DNA of 60,669 nt, filler included, from Globobulimina sp. (Eukaryota), in NCBI GenBank assembly GCA_003354225.1. It is 16 parts of 16 records of this genome, joined end to end, with 100 filler letters (N's around TTAATTAATTAA, not from the genome) between each part and the next. Parts side by side here need not be neighbours in the genome. Positions count along the whole stretch, not along the records: positions 56,975 to 60,669 come from PIVH01002254.1; 15 more parts are not named here. One strand, 5' to 3'. Below are positions 59,901 through 60,669 of the stretch, one piece after another. Under the pieces are notes generated by a model. That model was given only the letters and a program-made list of their open reading frames with translations, had not been told where the DNA came from and made no database searches. The position numbers were made by a program, and so were the translations under genes. The number at the start of each line of letters is the position of its first letter. Position 1 is the first letter of the stretch.

Positions 59901-60669
59901 CAAACAAATGAAAGTTCGTATAGCAAAACGGTTGTTTTTTGCAGAATTTTTGATTACAAAAACGTTTCAAACAAACGTTGATTTTGCTGATTTAGCATTT
60001 AGTGCAAGCGATAATGATCAGACATTTTATGGTGGTGTTTTGTGCAATGTTTGTGAAAATAATTCAAGCTGTGATGCTAAAATAAAATCATTTGAGTTAA
60101 CATTATATAGCAATGGAAAGAAGGCGCGGTTACAAACAAATTATATAATTTATCCAATTTCCGATTTGAATGTGACGTTTAACTCCACATCAAAGGTAAC
60201 GTGTATTGGTGATATAATATGTGGTTCAATGGCGTACACAACAGAACATAATGGCAATCGATATTATTTCGGTGAACTTGTAAGTACATGTTATACCAAA
60301 ACATTTTGTGGATATAATGTGAATTCGTTTGAATATGATCATTATGCTGGGAAAGATGATATTTTCCCATTATTTGTGTTTAATGAATATGCCACAACTG
60401 CGTATAATGATGAATTGTATAATTGGGAAACGGCAATAACTGCCGTAAATAATACGGATGACGATTGCAATATGAACTCCAGCAATGTTTTTGTAACAAC
60501 GCCGGGACCCACAACAGTTACAACGCAGACAGGCAATGGAAGTTTCTTTGCTTATTTATATTGCGGTGATACAGTGACTGGATATACTGTTTCTGACTAT
60601 GACGTTAAGTATTATTTATTCACTGTTTTCAATGATAGCTCCGTGTCATTTGATGCGTGTTTATCTGAC
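56977..60669 (+). CDS. Large secreted multidomain protein (at least 1231 aa) with two PLAT/LH2-like domains and a long beta-strand-rich region; open at both ends and absent from the ORF track
   Basis: Manual translation from 56977 found no stop up to the window end. Signal-like SLVFLLLASCYVAIGVNA-D, then GRNLLQ, and two PLAT-like units (YQLSVETC..G..DVGTIRKM..GSDDFKVYNIEING; YSIVIQV..G..DVGIITNI..GADDVCFDRLEIDG). Confidence 0.9.

Overview
This is not one locus. It is 16 unrelated contigs of 3,701 to 3,695 bp, sorted by decreasing length and joined by artificial 100-nt spacers (44 N + TTAATTAATTAA + 44 N), so adjacency across a spacer has no meaning. The DNA is AT-rich, gene-dense eukaryotic nuclear sequence in the standard code (TAA, TAG and TGA all act as stops), with short GT-AG introns of about 59-240 nt. 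The gene families and style suggest a protist, most plausibly a foraminiferan or other rhizarian (inference). Recognisable genes include LUC7, two RING/TRAF zinc-finger proteins, fimbrin, P4- and Na/K-type P-ATPases, two TRP-like channels, VPS37, an XRRA1-like LRR protein, ELO, SDR, MDR and AKR enzymes, an IRG-like GTPase, F-box, Kelch, MATH-SAM, WW, PUB and TLDc proteins, and an MYCBP2-type RING-Cys-relay ligase. The most notable items are: an intron-containing MULE transposase with an A11 frameshift and related 36-37 bp arrays on both sides; an intron-containing Gag-like ORF of DIRS/Ngaro type; a 205-bp TTAA-flanked palindromic MITE; a stop-free ORF of at least 1,231 codons absent from the ORF track; a co-oriented SDR-ELO-MDR trio; a templated-insertion frameshift scar; and a degenerate tRNA(CAT)-like element. 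Introns were placed by hand from GT-AG signals and frame continuity. Family calls are by motif recognition; no database search was run.
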